From contig NZ_CP030918.1 in NCBI RefSeq assembly GCF_003324675.1, positions 1,560,001 through 1,592,000 of the forward strand: DNA of 32,000 nt, read 5' to 3'. Each line of letters opens with the position of its first letter. Position 1 is the stretch's first letter. The notes under the pieces were generated by a model that ran no database searches, was not told the DNA's origin, and saw nothing but the letters and a program-made list of their open reading frames with translations. This DNA comes from Paracoccus suum (GTDB taxonomy: Bacteria; Pseudomonadota; Alphaproteobacteria; Rhodobacterales; Rhodobacteraceae). Below, one piece after another: positions 1-9,131 of the stretch. The position numbers were made by a program, and so were the translations under genes.

Positions 1-1739
1 ATGGCCGCGCCGCGACCGTGCTGGACGGCGATGCGCTGCGTGAAAAGGGCGTTCAGACCCTGACCGAGGCGCTGCGCGAAGTTCCGGGCATCAGCCTGGT
101 CGGCAGCGACCCGGCGACCAACACCGCCCGTATCCGCGGCCATTCCGGCGCACAGACGCTCGTGCTGATCGACGGGGTCGAGCAGATCGCCGACCTCGGC
201 GGCACCGCGCTCGGCCGCTTGCCGATCGCCGACATCGCCCGGATCGAGGTGCTGCGCGGCCCGCAGGCGGCCAGTATCGGCACCGGCGCCGCGGCCGGCG
301 TCATCTCGATCGTGACCCGCCAATCCGCGCCCGGGCTGCACTACGGCGGCAGCGTCGAGGCGGGCGGGGCGCGCGGCGCCTCGGCCTGGGTCTCGCAGCG
401 CGGCGCGCGGGCTGGCATCCTGATGGCCACCGAATGGCGCGAGGATCTGGGCTGGGATGTCTCGGGCGACGGCGGCGAAAAGGACGGCGTCATCAGCCGC
501 GGCATCCGCCTCGCCGGGGACGCGGCGCTGACCGACGATCTGACCGTCGGCTTCAACCTGCGCCGCGCGACCGAGAGCTATGACTTTGACACCACCTCCT
601 TCGGTCCGACCAGCGAGTCCGACTACATCGTTGACGACCGCTATCCCCATGGCCGCGCCGACCGCCAACAGGGCCAACTGTGGCTGGAGTGGCGCGCCAC
701 CCCGGCGCTGACCCACCGGCTGTCCTATGACGATGCCCGTTACGAACGGACCAATGCCTTTTCCGCCGCCTTCCCGGCGACAGAAACCGACGTCTCGCGG
801 CGCGCGCTGCGCTATCGCCTCAGCTATGCGCTGGACGGTCGCGCGGCGCTGGAATCGACCAACCTCGTCAGCCTGATGGCCGAGCGGGTGGTCGATGACA
901 GCCCGTTGGACGACCGCTTTGACCGCGCCACCAACACGCTGGCGCTGGAATACCGCGGCGAGGTCGCGCCCGGCCTCAGCGTGCAAGGCGCGGTGCGGCG
1001 CGATGCCAACGACGCCTATCGCGATGCAACCTCGTGGAATGCGGCGCTGGCTTATGTGATCCCGGGCCGTGACATCAAGCTGCATGCCTCGGCCGGGGAT
1101 GGCCGTCGCAAGCCGGTATTCTACGAATTGTTTGGCGACGGCATCTACACCATCGCCAATCCCGACCTGGCGCCCGAGCGGGTGCGCAGCCTCGATGCCG
1201 GCGTCACCCTGCCGCTGGGCGGGCGCGGACAGGCCGACGTGACCCTGTTTGCCGAAAACGCGACTGACCGCATCGCCTACGTCAGCCAGCCGGATTTCAC
1301 CGGCCAGTACCGGAACGTGCCCGGCACCAGCAAGCGGCGCGGGGTCGAGGCCTCGTTCCAGTGGGAGGCGAGCGATCAGTTGGCCCTGCGCGGCCACGCC
1401 ACCTGGCTGCGCAGCACCGATCCGCAGGGCGAACAGGAACTGCGCATCCCGCGCAGCCAGATCGGCCTTGGCGCGACCTGGACCACCGCCGACGGCCGCG
1501 GCAGCCTCAGTGCCGATCTGCGCCACCTCGCGGGGCTGCGCGACATGGACCAGGTGCGTTTTGCGCCAGTCAAGCTGGACAGCTTTTCGGTGATCGATGC
1601 CGCTGGGCGCTGGGCGCTGAATGATGCCGTGGCGCTGACAGCGCGGGTCGACAACCTGACCGACAGCGCCGCCGTCGATGTCTGGGGATATGCCTCGCGC
1701 GGGCGCACGGCCTATGTCGGACTTGCGGCGAATTTCTGA
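1..1739 (+). CDS. TonB-dependent outer-membrane receptor, 5'-truncated by the window edge. Its size is BtuB-like; the substrate is unknown.
   Basis: Frame is open from the window start; the track's M at 18 is a GTG. Plug-domain-like N-terminus (LTEALREVPGISLV...IRIRGHSGAQTLVLIDGVEQ, IEVLRGPQAASIG). Long Gly/Asp/Tyr-rich beta-barrel-like body ending in the terminal aromatic residue (...YVGLAANF) typical of TonB-dependent receptors. Followed by a type-III ABC importer. Confidence 0.85.
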   Translation, partial: GRAATVLDGDALREKGVQTLTEALREVPGISLVGSDPATNTARIRGHSGAQTLVLIDGVEQIADLGGTALGRLPIADIARIEVLRGPQAASIGTGAAAGVISIVTRQSAPGLHYGGSVEAGGARGASAWVSQRGARAGILMATEWREDLGWDVSGDGGEKDGVISRGIRLAGDAALTDDLTVGFNLRRATESYDFDTTSFGPTSESDYIVDDRYPHGRADRQQGQLWLEWRATPALTHRLSYDDARYERTNAFSAAFPATETDVSRRALRYRLSYALDGRAALESTNLVSLMAERVVDDSPLDDRFDRATNTLALEYRGEVAPGLSVQGAVRRDANDAYRDATSWNAALAYVIPGRDIKLHASAGDGRRKPVFYELFGDGIYTIANPDLAPERVRSLDAGVTLPLGGRGQADVTLFAENATDRIAYVSQPDFTGQYRNVPGTSKRRGVEASFQWEASDQLALRGHATWLRSTDPQGEQELRIPRSQIGLGATWTTADGRGSLSADLRHLAGLRDMDQVRFAPVKLDSFSVIDAAGRWALNDAVALTARVDNLTDSAAVDVWGYASRGRTAYVGLAANF

Positions 1740-2571
1740 TGCTGTCGCGGCGGCGGGGCTGGCCCTCGCCGTTGCGGCCGGCGGTATCCCGGCCGCCGGC
1801 CCGGCCGTCCCGCAGCGCGTGGTTTCCATAAACCTTTGCACCGACCAGCTTGCGCTGATGCTCGCGGCGCCGGGGCAGCTCGCCTCGGTCACCGCCTTTG
1901 CCCAGGACCCGCGGCAATCGGCCATGGCAGACGCCGCGCGCGCGCTGCCGGCCAACCATGCCCGCGCAGAGGAGGTGTACCTTCTGCGCCCTGACCTGGT
2001 CCTCGCCTCGGACTTCACCAGCCCGGCCAGCCTTGCGATGTTGCGCCGGCTCGGGTTGCGGGTCGAGGCATTTCCCGCCGCGACGTCGCTTGCCGATGTC
2101 GATGCAGCCATCGGCCAGATGGGCCGCGCGCTGGGACGGCAGGACGCGGCGGCGACGATGCAGGCTCGCTTTCGCGCCGACCTTGCCGCCCTGCGCGCCG
2201 ACATTCCCGCGCGGCCGCCGCGCTCCGCCCTCTATGAGCCGAACGGCTACAGCCCCGGCCCGCAGTCCCTCGCCGGCGAGATCACAGCCGCCGCCGGGTT
2301 CTCCGACATCGCGGCGGAGGCCGGGCTGCCCTATGGCGGCACCCTGCCGCTGGAGCAGTTGGTAATGCTGGCGCCAGAGGCGATCATCTCGCCCGGTCCC
2401 GCGCCTGGCACTTCGCGTGGCTACGAGTTGTTGCAGCACCCCGCCCTGCGCAATCTGCGTGCCCGCGGCATTCCCATGCCGCGCAGCGACAGCGACTGGG
2501 GTTGTGCGGCGCCGCAGGTGCTGGACGCCGCAGGGCGCCTCGCGGCTGCCCGCAAGGCCGCCGGGCGATGA
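1714..2571 (+). CDS. Periplasmic substrate-binding protein of an iron-chelate/cobalamin-type (FecB/BtuF class) ABC importer
   Basis: ORF 1678-2571. Preferred start is the ATG at 1714, giving MSDLRRISDAVAAAGLALAVAAGG, a signal-peptide-like start; 1678 is also possible. The VVSINLCTDQLALMLAAPGQLASV segment resembles this binding-protein class. Its stop overlaps the permease start (ATGA at 2568-2571). Confidence 0.7.
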   Translation: MSDLRRISDAVAAAGLALAVAAGGIPAAGPAVPQRVVSINLCTDQLALMLAAPGQLASVTAFAQDPRQSAMADAARALPANHARAEEVYLLRPDLVLASDFTSPASLAMLRRLGLRVEAFPAATSLADVDAAIGQMGRALGRQDAAATMQARFRADLAALRADIPARPPRSALYEPNGYSPGPQSLAGEITAAAGFSDIAAEAGLPYGGTLPLEQLVMLAPEAIISPGPAPGTSRGYELLQHPALRNLRARGIPMPRSDSDWGCAAPQVLDAAGRLAAARKAAGR

Positions 2572-3584
2572 GCGCGCGCGGGTTTCTTCGCGGCGCTGCC
2601 GCGCGCCTGACGCTGGTCCTAGCGCTGCTTGTCGCGCTGCTGTTCGCGGCCAGCCTCGTGATCGGTCCCGCCGGAATCGCGCCGGGCGCCGGGCTGCGCG
2701 CGCTGTTCCTCGGCGGCGACGGCCCCGCGGCGATGGTCATGCGCGAGATCCGGCTGCCGCGCGCCCTGCTGGGCTTGATGGTCGGCGCCGGCCTCGGCCT
2801 CTCGGGCGCCGCCTTGCAGGGCTATCTGCGCAACCCGCTGGCCGAGCCGGGGCTGATTGGCGTCAGCGGCATGGCGGCGCTGGCGGCGGTGATTGCGATC
2901 CACACCGGCCTTGCCGCGGCGGCGCCGCTGGCATTGCCGGCGCTGGCGTTGCTCGGCGCGCTGACAGGTGTCGCGCTGCTAATGGCGCTAGCGGCTGGGC
3001 AAGGCGGCCCGCTGCTGCTGATCCTCGGCGGTATCGCGCTGTCGCAACTGGCGGCGGCGCTATCGGCGCTGGTGCTGAACCTGTCGCCCAATCCCTATGC
3101 CGCGCAGGAGATCGTGTTCTGGCTGATGGGCTCGCTCGCCGATCGCAGCATGTCCCATGTCTGGCTTGCGCTGCCGCTTATGGTGATCGGCTGGGCGCTG
3201 CTGCTCGGCACCGGCCCGGATTTGGATGCGCTGACGTTGGGCGAGGATGCGGCGGCGGCTATGGGCGTCAACCCGTCGCGTCTGCGCTGGCGGATCGTCC
3301 TCGGGACCGCCTTTGCCGTCGGCGCCGGGACAGCGGTTGCAGGCTCGATCGGTTTCGTCGGGCTGGTGGTGCCGCATCTGCTGCGACCTTTAGTCGGGGC
3401 GCGGCCGGGGCGGGTGCTGGCGGCCTCGGGCCTCGGCGGGGCGGCATTGCTGCTGATCGCCGACATCGCGGTGCGCCTGGTGCTGCCCGAGCGTGACCTG
3501 AAGCTCGGGGTGGTGACTGCCCTGATCGGCGCGCCGATGTTCCTGAACATGCTGCTACGCGCCCGACGCGAGGGCATGTCATGA
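2568..3584 (+). CDS. FecCD-family ABC transporter permease (BtuC/FhuB-like)
   Basis: ATG at 2568 overlaps the upstream stop. Highly hydrophobic multi-span protein with FecCD-like segments (REIRLPRALLGLMVGAGLGLSGAALQGYLRNPLAEPGLIGVS; VVTALIGAPMFLNMLLR). The part of the track ORF from 2502 lies inside the upstream gene. Confidence 0.9.
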   Translation: MSARGFLRGAAARLTLVLALLVALLFAASLVIGPAGIAPGAGLRALFLGGDGPAAMVMREIRLPRALLGLMVGAGLGLSGAALQGYLRNPLAEPGLIGVSGMAALAAVIAIHTGLAAAAPLALPALALLGALTGVALLMALAAGQGGPLLLILGGIALSQLAAALSALVLNLSPNPYAAQEIVFWLMGSLADRSMSHVWLALPLMVIGWALLLGTGPDLDALTLGEDAAAAMGVNPSRLRWRIVLGTAFAVGAGTAVAGSIGFVGLVVPHLLRPLVGARPGRVLAASGLGGAALLLIADIAVRLVLPERDLKLGVVTALIGAPMFLNMLLRARREGMS

Positions 3585-4330
3585 ACCTGCTCGACCTGCG
3601 CGATCTGACCGTCCGCCGCGGTGCGCGCACGGTGCTGGAGGGGGTCAGCCTGACCGTCGCTGCCGGCGAGGTGGTCGGCCTGATCGGTCCCAACGGCGCC
3701 GGCAAGACCACCCTGCTGCGCGCCGCGCTGGGACTGATCCCCGCCGCCAAGGGTAGCAGCAACCTCGCCGCTATGCCCGCTCGCACCCGGGCGCGGGCCG
3801 CCGCCTGGCTACCCCAGGCGCGCGAGATTGCCTGGCCAGTCAGCGTCACGACGCTCGTCGCCCTCGGCCGCCGGCCGCATGCCCCGGGTCCCGCTGACCA
3901 ACCGGCGATCGAGGCCGCGATCGCCGCCATGGATCTGGACGCCCTGCGCGCACGCCCGGCCACGCAACTGTCAGGCGGCGAGCAGGCGCGGGTGCTGATC
4001 GCCCGCGCGCTCGCGCAGGAGGCACCACTGCTGATCGCGGACGAGCCGACCGCGGGCCTCGATACCGCGCATCAACTGGCGCTGATGGCACTGTTCGCGG
4101 ACCTCGCGGCCAGCGGGCGGGGTGTTCTGGTAACGCTGCATGACCTGGCACTGGCGACGCTGACCTGCCACCGCGTGGTGGTGCTGTCTGCCGGCGGGCG
4201 CGTCATGGCCGACGGCCCCCCGTCCGAGGTGCTGAGCGACGCCCTGTTGGCCGAGGTGTTCGCGGTGGAGGCGGTGCGGATCGCGCGGCCGCAAGGCACC
4301 ATCTTGGCCCCGGTGCGCGCGCTGCGCTGA
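3581..4330 (+). CDS. ABC transporter ATP-binding protein (FecE/BtuD-like)
   Basis: ATGA overlap with the permease stop (3581-3584). Walker A GPNGAGKTT, ABC signature LSGGEQARV, Walker B LLIADEPTAGLD. Confidence 0.9.
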   Translation: MNLLDLRDLTVRRGARTVLEGVSLTVAAGEVVGLIGPNGAGKTTLLRAALGLIPAAKGSSNLAAMPARTRARAAAWLPQAREIAWPVSVTTLVALGRRPHAPGPADQPAIEAAIAAMDLDALRARPATQLSGGEQARVLIARALAQEAPLLIADEPTAGLDTAHQLALMALFADLAASGRGVLVTLHDLALATLTCHRVVVLSAGGRVMADGPPSEVLSDALLAEVFAVEAVRIARPQGTILAPVRALR

Positions 4331-4334
4331 ACGG

Positions 4335-5345
4335 CTACCGCGCCGGCCCGGTCGATTCGCGGACCACCAGATGAACGGGCAGGACGTGATGCCGACTCGC
4401 CGGCTCGGTCCCCGCGGCGAGGGAGAGGACGGTTTCCGCCGCCAGTCGCCCGATCTGCCGGCGCGGCTGGTGGATCGTCGTCAGGGACGGCAGCAAGTGA
4501 GGGGCAATGTCGATATCATCAAAGCCCATGACCGACACGTCCTGCGGCACGCGTAGCCCGGCGCGTTGAACCTCGGCCAGAAATCCGCAGGCCATCGCGT
4601 CGCTGAAGGCCAGCACCGCGCTGGGGCGCGGCTCCAGCGCGGCCCATTCGCGCGCCGCCGCGGCGCCCGAGGCGATGCTGAAATCGCCGGCGATCCGGGT
4701 CAGGGTAACGCGCGCCTCCAGCGCCGCCTCGCGCGCGCCGCGGTCCCGCTCGCGTGACAGCACGTTCTGGGCCGGCCCGCCGATCAGGGCGATTCGCTTA
4801 TGCCCCAGGCTGGCCAGATGCTGTACCGCCAATCGTGCGCCGGCGGCGTTGTCGATGGTGACCGAGGGCAGGGCGGTGCCGTCGATCCATTCGCAGGCGA
4901 CGACGAGTGGCGGTGTGCCGCGCCGGCCAGTGAGGTGCGCTGCCTCGACCCCGCCGTCGAACAGCACCGCGCCATCGCAGCGGGTCGGGTTCAGGAATGC
5001 CTCCAGCCCCGGGCGTGCACCGTCCTCGCCGGGGCGGGTATCGGCGATGATGAGGCCGGTTCCCGCCTCGGCGAGGGCCTCGCCCAGACCGGCAAGGATG
5101 CGCGAAAAGAATGGGTTGGCGAGGTTTGGCACCAGAGCCACGACCATGCCGCTGCGCTGCTGGCGCAGGTTGCGGGCGGCGTGGTTGACCCGGTAGCCGG
5201 TCGCGGCCACCGCATCCATCACCGCATCGCGCGTCGCCTGCGTGACCACCTCAGGCCGCGACAGCGTGCGGCTGACCGTCGCGACCGAGACCCCCGCCCG
5301 GTCGGCGACATCGCGGATTCGGGGGGGCACAAGGCTCTTGCTCAT
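4335..5345 (-). CDS. LacI-family transcriptional repressor
   Basis: N-terminal HTH IRDVADRAGVSVATVSRTL followed by a periplasmic-binding-protein-like effector domain. ATG at 5345-5343 verified. Transcribed divergently from the sugar module. Its stop (TAG, 4337-4335) lies 4 nt from the convergent ATPase stop. Confidence 0.9.
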   Translation of the reverse strand: MSKSLVPPRIRDVADRAGVSVATVSRTLSRPEVVTQATRDAVMDAVAATGYRVNHAARNLRQQRSGMVVALVPNLANPFFSRILAGLGEALAEAGTGLIIADTRPGEDGARPGLEAFLNPTRCDGAVLFDGGVEAAHLTGRRGTPPLVVACEWIDGTALPSVTIDNAAGARLAVQHLASLGHKRIALIGGPAQNVLSRERDRGAREAALEARVTLTRIAGDFSIASGAAAAREWAALEPRPSAVLAFSDAMACGFLAEVQRAGLRVPQDVSVMGFDDIDIAPHLLPSLTTIHQPRRQIGRLAAETVLSLAAGTEPASRHHVLPVHLVVRESTGPAR

Positions 5346-5384
5346 GGCGCAGGCATAGCCATCGCGGGTCAGGAAAAGAAGCCT

Positions 5385-5398
5385 TGTAATCGATTACA
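5385..5398. promoter_or_regulatory. Candidate LacI-family operator: perfect 14-bp palindrome TGTAATCGATTACA
   Basis: Read directly at 5385-5398 in the 110-bp divergent region between the LacI gene (start 5345) and the TIM-barrel gene (start 5456). It matches the general LacI/GalR operator pattern TGnAAnCGnTTnCA. Confidence 0.6.
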
Positions 5399-5455
5399 TT
5401 GCGGGTCAGCATGTCGGATAACCGCCCCCTTGCAACCAGGGAATCCGCGCTCGTG

Positions 5456-6523
5456 ATGCAGACGCTGAAAGGTCCGGCCCTGTTTCTGGCGCAGTTTGCC
5501 GGCGATGTCGCGCCGTTCAACAGTTGGGACGGCATCACCCGCTGGGCAGCAGACCTCGGCTATCGCGGGGTGCAAGTGCCCACCACCGATGCGCGGCTGT
5601 TCGATCTGCAATTGGCGGCCGAGTCGCAGGATTGGCGGGACGAGTTCCTGGGCATCGCACGCCAGAACGGCGTCGAAGTGAGCGAGCTTTCGACCCATCT
5701 GCAGGGCCAACTGGTGGCCGTCCATCCGGCGTATGATGCCGCTTTCGACGCCTTTGCCCCGGCCGCCCTGCGCGGCCGCCCCGCCGCCCGGCAGGAATGG
5801 GCCGTCGCGCAGATGGCACTGGCGATTCGCGCGTCGGCCGCGATGGGTTTGCGGGCGCTGCCGACCTTTTCCGGCGCGCTGGCCTGGCCCTATCTCTACC
5901 CTTGGCCGCAGCGCCCGCCCGGACTGGTCGAGGCGGCGTTCGATACCCTCGCCGCGCGCTGGCGGCCGCTGCTGGACCTGGCGGACACCCATGGCATCGA
6001 TCTGGCCTACGAAATCCACCCCGGCGAAGATCTGTGCGACGGCGCCAGCTACGAGATGTTTTTGGACCGCGTGGACCAGCACCCGCGCGCCTGCATGCTG
6101 TACGATCCCTCGCACTATGTCCTGCAACAGCTTGATTACCTGGCAAACATAGACATCTACCACGACCGCATCAGGGCGTTTCACGTCAAGGATGCCGAGT
6201 TTCGTCCCAACGGGCGGCAGGGCGTCTATGGCGGCTTTCAACCTTGGGTGGACCGCGCCGGGCGATTCCGCAGCCTCGGCGACGGGCAGGTCGATTTCGG
6301 CGCGGTGTTCAGCAAGCTGACCCAATACGGCTTTGACGGCTGGGCCGTTGTCGAATGGGAGTGTGCGCTGAAGCACCCCGAGGATGGCGCGCGCGAGGGC
6401 GCGGCGTTCGTGCGCGATCACATCATTCGCGTCACCCCGCACGCCTTTGACGATTTCGCTGCCGGCTGTGTCGATTCCGATGCCATCGCCCGCGCCCTGG
6501 GCCTTGCGGAGGAGGTCGCATGA
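5456..6523 (+). CDS. Sugar phosphate isomerase/epimerase family protein (xylose-isomerase-like TIM barrel)
   Basis: Track ORF is 5399-6523. Preferred start is the ATG at 5456 (MQTLKGPALFLAQFAGD...), which resembles the usual N-terminus of this family as I remember it. Contains DLAYEIHPGE, a metal-ligand-type motif. Its stop overlaps the next gene (ATGA at 6520-6523). Confidence 0.75.
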   Translation: MQTLKGPALFLAQFAGDVAPFNSWDGITRWAADLGYRGVQVPTTDARLFDLQLAAESQDWRDEFLGIARQNGVEVSELSTHLQGQLVAVHPAYDAAFDAFAPAALRGRPAARQEWAVAQMALAIRASAAMGLRALPTFSGALAWPYLYPWPQRPPGLVEAAFDTLAARWRPLLDLADTHGIDLAYEIHPGEDLCDGASYEMFLDRVDQHPRACMLYDPSHYVLQQLDYLANIDIYHDRIRAFHVKDAEFRPNGRQGVYGGFQPWVDRAGRFRSLGDGQVDFGAVFSKLTQYGFDGWAVVEWECALKHPEDGAREGAAFVRDHIIRVTPHAFDDFAAGCVDSDAIARALGLAEEVA

Positions 6524-7632
6524 GCGCGCCGATCCGCCTTGGGATGGTCGGCGGGGGCGAAGGCGCGTTCATCGGAGCCGTCCACCGGATCGCCGCGCGC
6601 ATGGACGGTCAGTTCCAACTGATCGCGGGGGCGCTGAGCGGCGATCCGGCCCGCGCCCGCGCCTCGGCCGAGGCGCTAGGGCTGGCGCGCAGCTATGACG
6701 ACTGGGCCGCGATGGCCAAGGCCGAGGCGGCACGCCCCGACGGAATCGAAGCGGTCGCCATCGTCACCCCGAACCACCTGCATGCCGGTCCAGCGGCGGC
6801 GTTCCTCGCCTCCGGCATCCATGTGATCTGCGACAAGCCCCTCGCCGCGACCGAGGAAGGCGCGCGGCAGATCGCCGAGGCCGCCGGCGCCTCGGACGCG
6901 CGGTTCTTTCTGACCCACAACTACGCCGCCTATCCGATGATCCGCGAGGCGCGTGCGATCATGGCCGAGGGCGGGATCGGAGACCTGAGGCTGGTGCAGG
7001 TTGAATATCTGCAGGACTGGCTGGCGAGCGATCCCGGCTCGAAACAATCGGAATGGCGGCTCGACCCGGCGCGCGCCGGCGCCGGGGCGCTGGGCGACAT
7101 CGGCACCCATGCCTGGCAACTCGCCGCCTTTGTCACCGGCCAGTATCCGAGCCAGATCGCGGCCGAGGTCAGCGCCCTGGTGCCGGGACGCGCGGTCGAC
7201 GACGATGCCCGCGTGGCGCTGCGCTATGCCGGTGGCGCGCGGGGCGGAATCTGGGTCAGTCAGGTCGCGACCGGCTGCGAGAACCGCCTGTCCCTGCGCC
7301 TTTACGGCAGCACCGGCGGTCTCGAATGGTCGCACGAGGTGCCGGACCGGCTGATCCGCACCCATCTTGGCCAACCCTCGCAAATCCTGACCCGGGCGCA
7401 GGATCGCAGCGCCAGCAGCCGGACTCCGCCCGGACACCCCGAGGGGTATCTCGAAGCCTTTGCAAATCTTTACAGCGATATAGCTGCGGTTATTCGTGGC
7501 GACTCAACGCCTGCCGCACGCCTGCCGGGACTGGCCGACGGGCTGTCAGGAATGGAATTCATCGCTGCCGCACGCCGCTCCTCCGAGGCGGGCGGCGCCT
7601 GGGTTGCGACCGGGACGGGGACCGCGACATGA
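6520..7632 (+). CDS. Gfo/Idh/MocA-family NAD(P)-dependent oxidoreductase
   Basis: N-terminal Rossmann motif IRLGMVGGGEGAFIGAVHR and the family-typical CDKPLA segment. GGAGG lies upstream of the ATG at 6520. ATGA overlaps occur at both ends (6520-6523 and 7629-7632). Confidence 0.85.
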   Translation: MSAPIRLGMVGGGEGAFIGAVHRIAARMDGQFQLIAGALSGDPARARASAEALGLARSYDDWAAMAKAEAARPDGIEAVAIVTPNHLHAGPAAAFLASGIHVICDKPLAATEEGARQIAEAAGASDARFFLTHNYAAYPMIREARAIMAEGGIGDLRLVQVEYLQDWLASDPGSKQSEWRLDPARAGAGALGDIGTHAWQLAAFVTGQYPSQIAAEVSALVPGRAVDDDARVALRYAGGARGGIWVSQVATGCENRLSLRLYGSTGGLEWSHEVPDRLIRTHLGQPSQILTRAQDRSASSRTPPGHPEGYLEAFANLYSDIAAVIRGDSTPAARLPGLADGLSGMEFIAAARRSSEAGGAWVATGTGTAT

Positions 7633-9131
7633 GCGCCGCCCCGATCCTTGCGCTGACCGGGGTGCGGCGCAGCTTTGGTCCGGTCGAGGTGCTGCACGGC
7701 GTCGATCTGCCCCTGCTGCCGGGCGAGGTTCACGCGCTGATCGGCGAGAATGGTGCGGGCAAGTCCACGGCGATGCGTATCCTCGCCGGTTACCTGCCGC
7801 CCAGCGCGGGCGAGGTGCGGCTGGCGGGCGCGCCGGTCGCCTTCAGCGGCGCGCCGCAGGCCGAGGCGGCCGGGATCGTCATGATCCACCAGGAGTTCAA
7901 CCTCGCCCCCGACCTCAGCATCGCTGCGAACATTTACCTGGGGCGCGAGATCGGGGGCTGGCGGCTGGATCACCAGGCCATGCGCGACGGCGCCGCGCGG
8001 CTGCTGGCCGATCTGGGCACGCCCCTCGATCCCCGCACGCGTATTCAGGACCTGACCGTCCCGCAGCGCCAGATGGTCGAGATCGCAAAGGCCGTCAGCC
8101 GCGCACCCAAGGTGCTGATCATGGACGAGCCCTCGGCCGTGCTGACGCATCGCGAGGTGGGTACGCTGTATGACCTGATCGACCGGCTGCGCGGGCAGGG
8201 GGTGGCGATCCTTTACTGCTCGCACCGCTTGGACGAGGTCGAGCGGCTGGCCGACCGCATCACCGTGCTGCGCGACGGCACCGTCGTGCGCAGCGCGCTG
8301 CGCGGCGAATTGACCCCCGATGCCATGGCCAACGCCATGGTCGGGCGCGAGCTGGAGGACATGTTCCCGCCCCGTCCCGCGGCGCCCACCGCGCCCGAGA
8401 TTGCCTTGTCGGTGCGAGACCTTTCGGTGCCGCCGCTTGTCAGCGGCGCCAGCTTTGATCTGCACCGGGGCGAGATGCTGGGCATTGCCGGGCTGGTGGG
8501 CGCTGGGCGGACCGAACTGGCGGAAGCGCTGGCCGGGCTGCGTCCGGCGCAGGGCGTCATCTCGCGCGGGAACGGCCGGGCTATCCCCCTTGGCGATCCG
8601 GCCGCCGCGACCCGGGCGCGCATCGCCTACCTGACCGAGGACCGCAAGGAAGCAGGATTACTGCTGGGAAAATCCCTGCGGGTGAACCTGACGCTGGCGG
8701 CGTTGCATCGCTTTGGCCGCGTGCTGATCGACCGTCCGGCCGAGGATGCGGCGCTGGCGCGCGCCATCCGCGATTTCGACATTCGCGCTGCGGATCCCAC
8801 TATGACGGCCGGCAACCTGTCCGGCGGCAACCAGCAAAAACTGCTTCTTGCCAAGATGTTGCTCAACGAACCTGAGGTGATCATCGTGGACGAACCGACA
8901 CGCGGCATCGACGTTGGCACCAAGCGGCAGATCTACTCCTTCCTGCGCGGGCTAACCGCCGCCGGGCGCAGCGTGATCGTCATTTCATCCGAACTGCCCG
9001 AGGTGATGGGCCTCGCCGATCGCATCCTGGTCATGCGGCAGGGCCGCATCGCGGGCGAGGTGCCCGGCGCCGGCGCGTCCGAGGCCGCCATCGTCCGGCT
9101 GATGATGGGTGTCGAAGGGGCCGCGGCATGA
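7629..9131 (+). CDS. Sugar ABC transporter ATP-binding protein with duplicated ATPase domains (RbsA/MglA type)
   Basis: Start re-assigned to the ATG at 7629 (MSAAPILALTGVRRSFG). The track ORF from 7053 overlaps the oxidoreductase out of frame. Walker A GENGAGKST; second-domain signature LSGGNQQK; Walker B VIIVDEPTRGIDV. 500 aa. Confidence 0.9.
   Translation: MSAAPILALTGVRRSFGPVEVLHGVDLPLLPGEVHALIGENGAGKSTAMRILAGYLPPSAGEVRLAGAPVAFSGAPQAEAAGIVMIHQEFNLAPDLSIAANIYLGREIGGWRLDHQAMRDGAARLLADLGTPLDPRTRIQDLTVPQRQMVEIAKAVSRAPKVLIMDEPSAVLTHREVGTLYDLIDRLRGQGVAILYCSHRLDEVERLADRITVLRDGTVVRSALRGELTPDAMANAMVGRELEDMFPPRPAAPTAPEIALSVRDLSVPPLVSGASFDLHRGEMLGIAGLVGAGRTELAEALAGLRPAQGVISRGNGRAIPLGDPAAATRARIAYLTEDRKEAGLLLGKSLRVNLTLAALHRFGRVLIDRPAEDAALARAIRDFDIRAADPTMTAGNLSGGNQQKLLLAKMLLNEPEVIIVDEPTRGIDVGTKRQIYSFLRGLTAAGRSVIVISSELPEVMGLADRILVMRQGRIAGEVPGAGASEAAIVRLMMGVEGAAA

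Noticed and set aside
7053-7628. N-terminal 192-aa extension of the sugar ABC ATPase ORF
   Set aside because: It overlaps the oxidoreductase gene out of frame and is Arg/Pro-rich. The ATG at 7629 forms an ATGA junction and gives a canonical ABC ATPase N-terminus.
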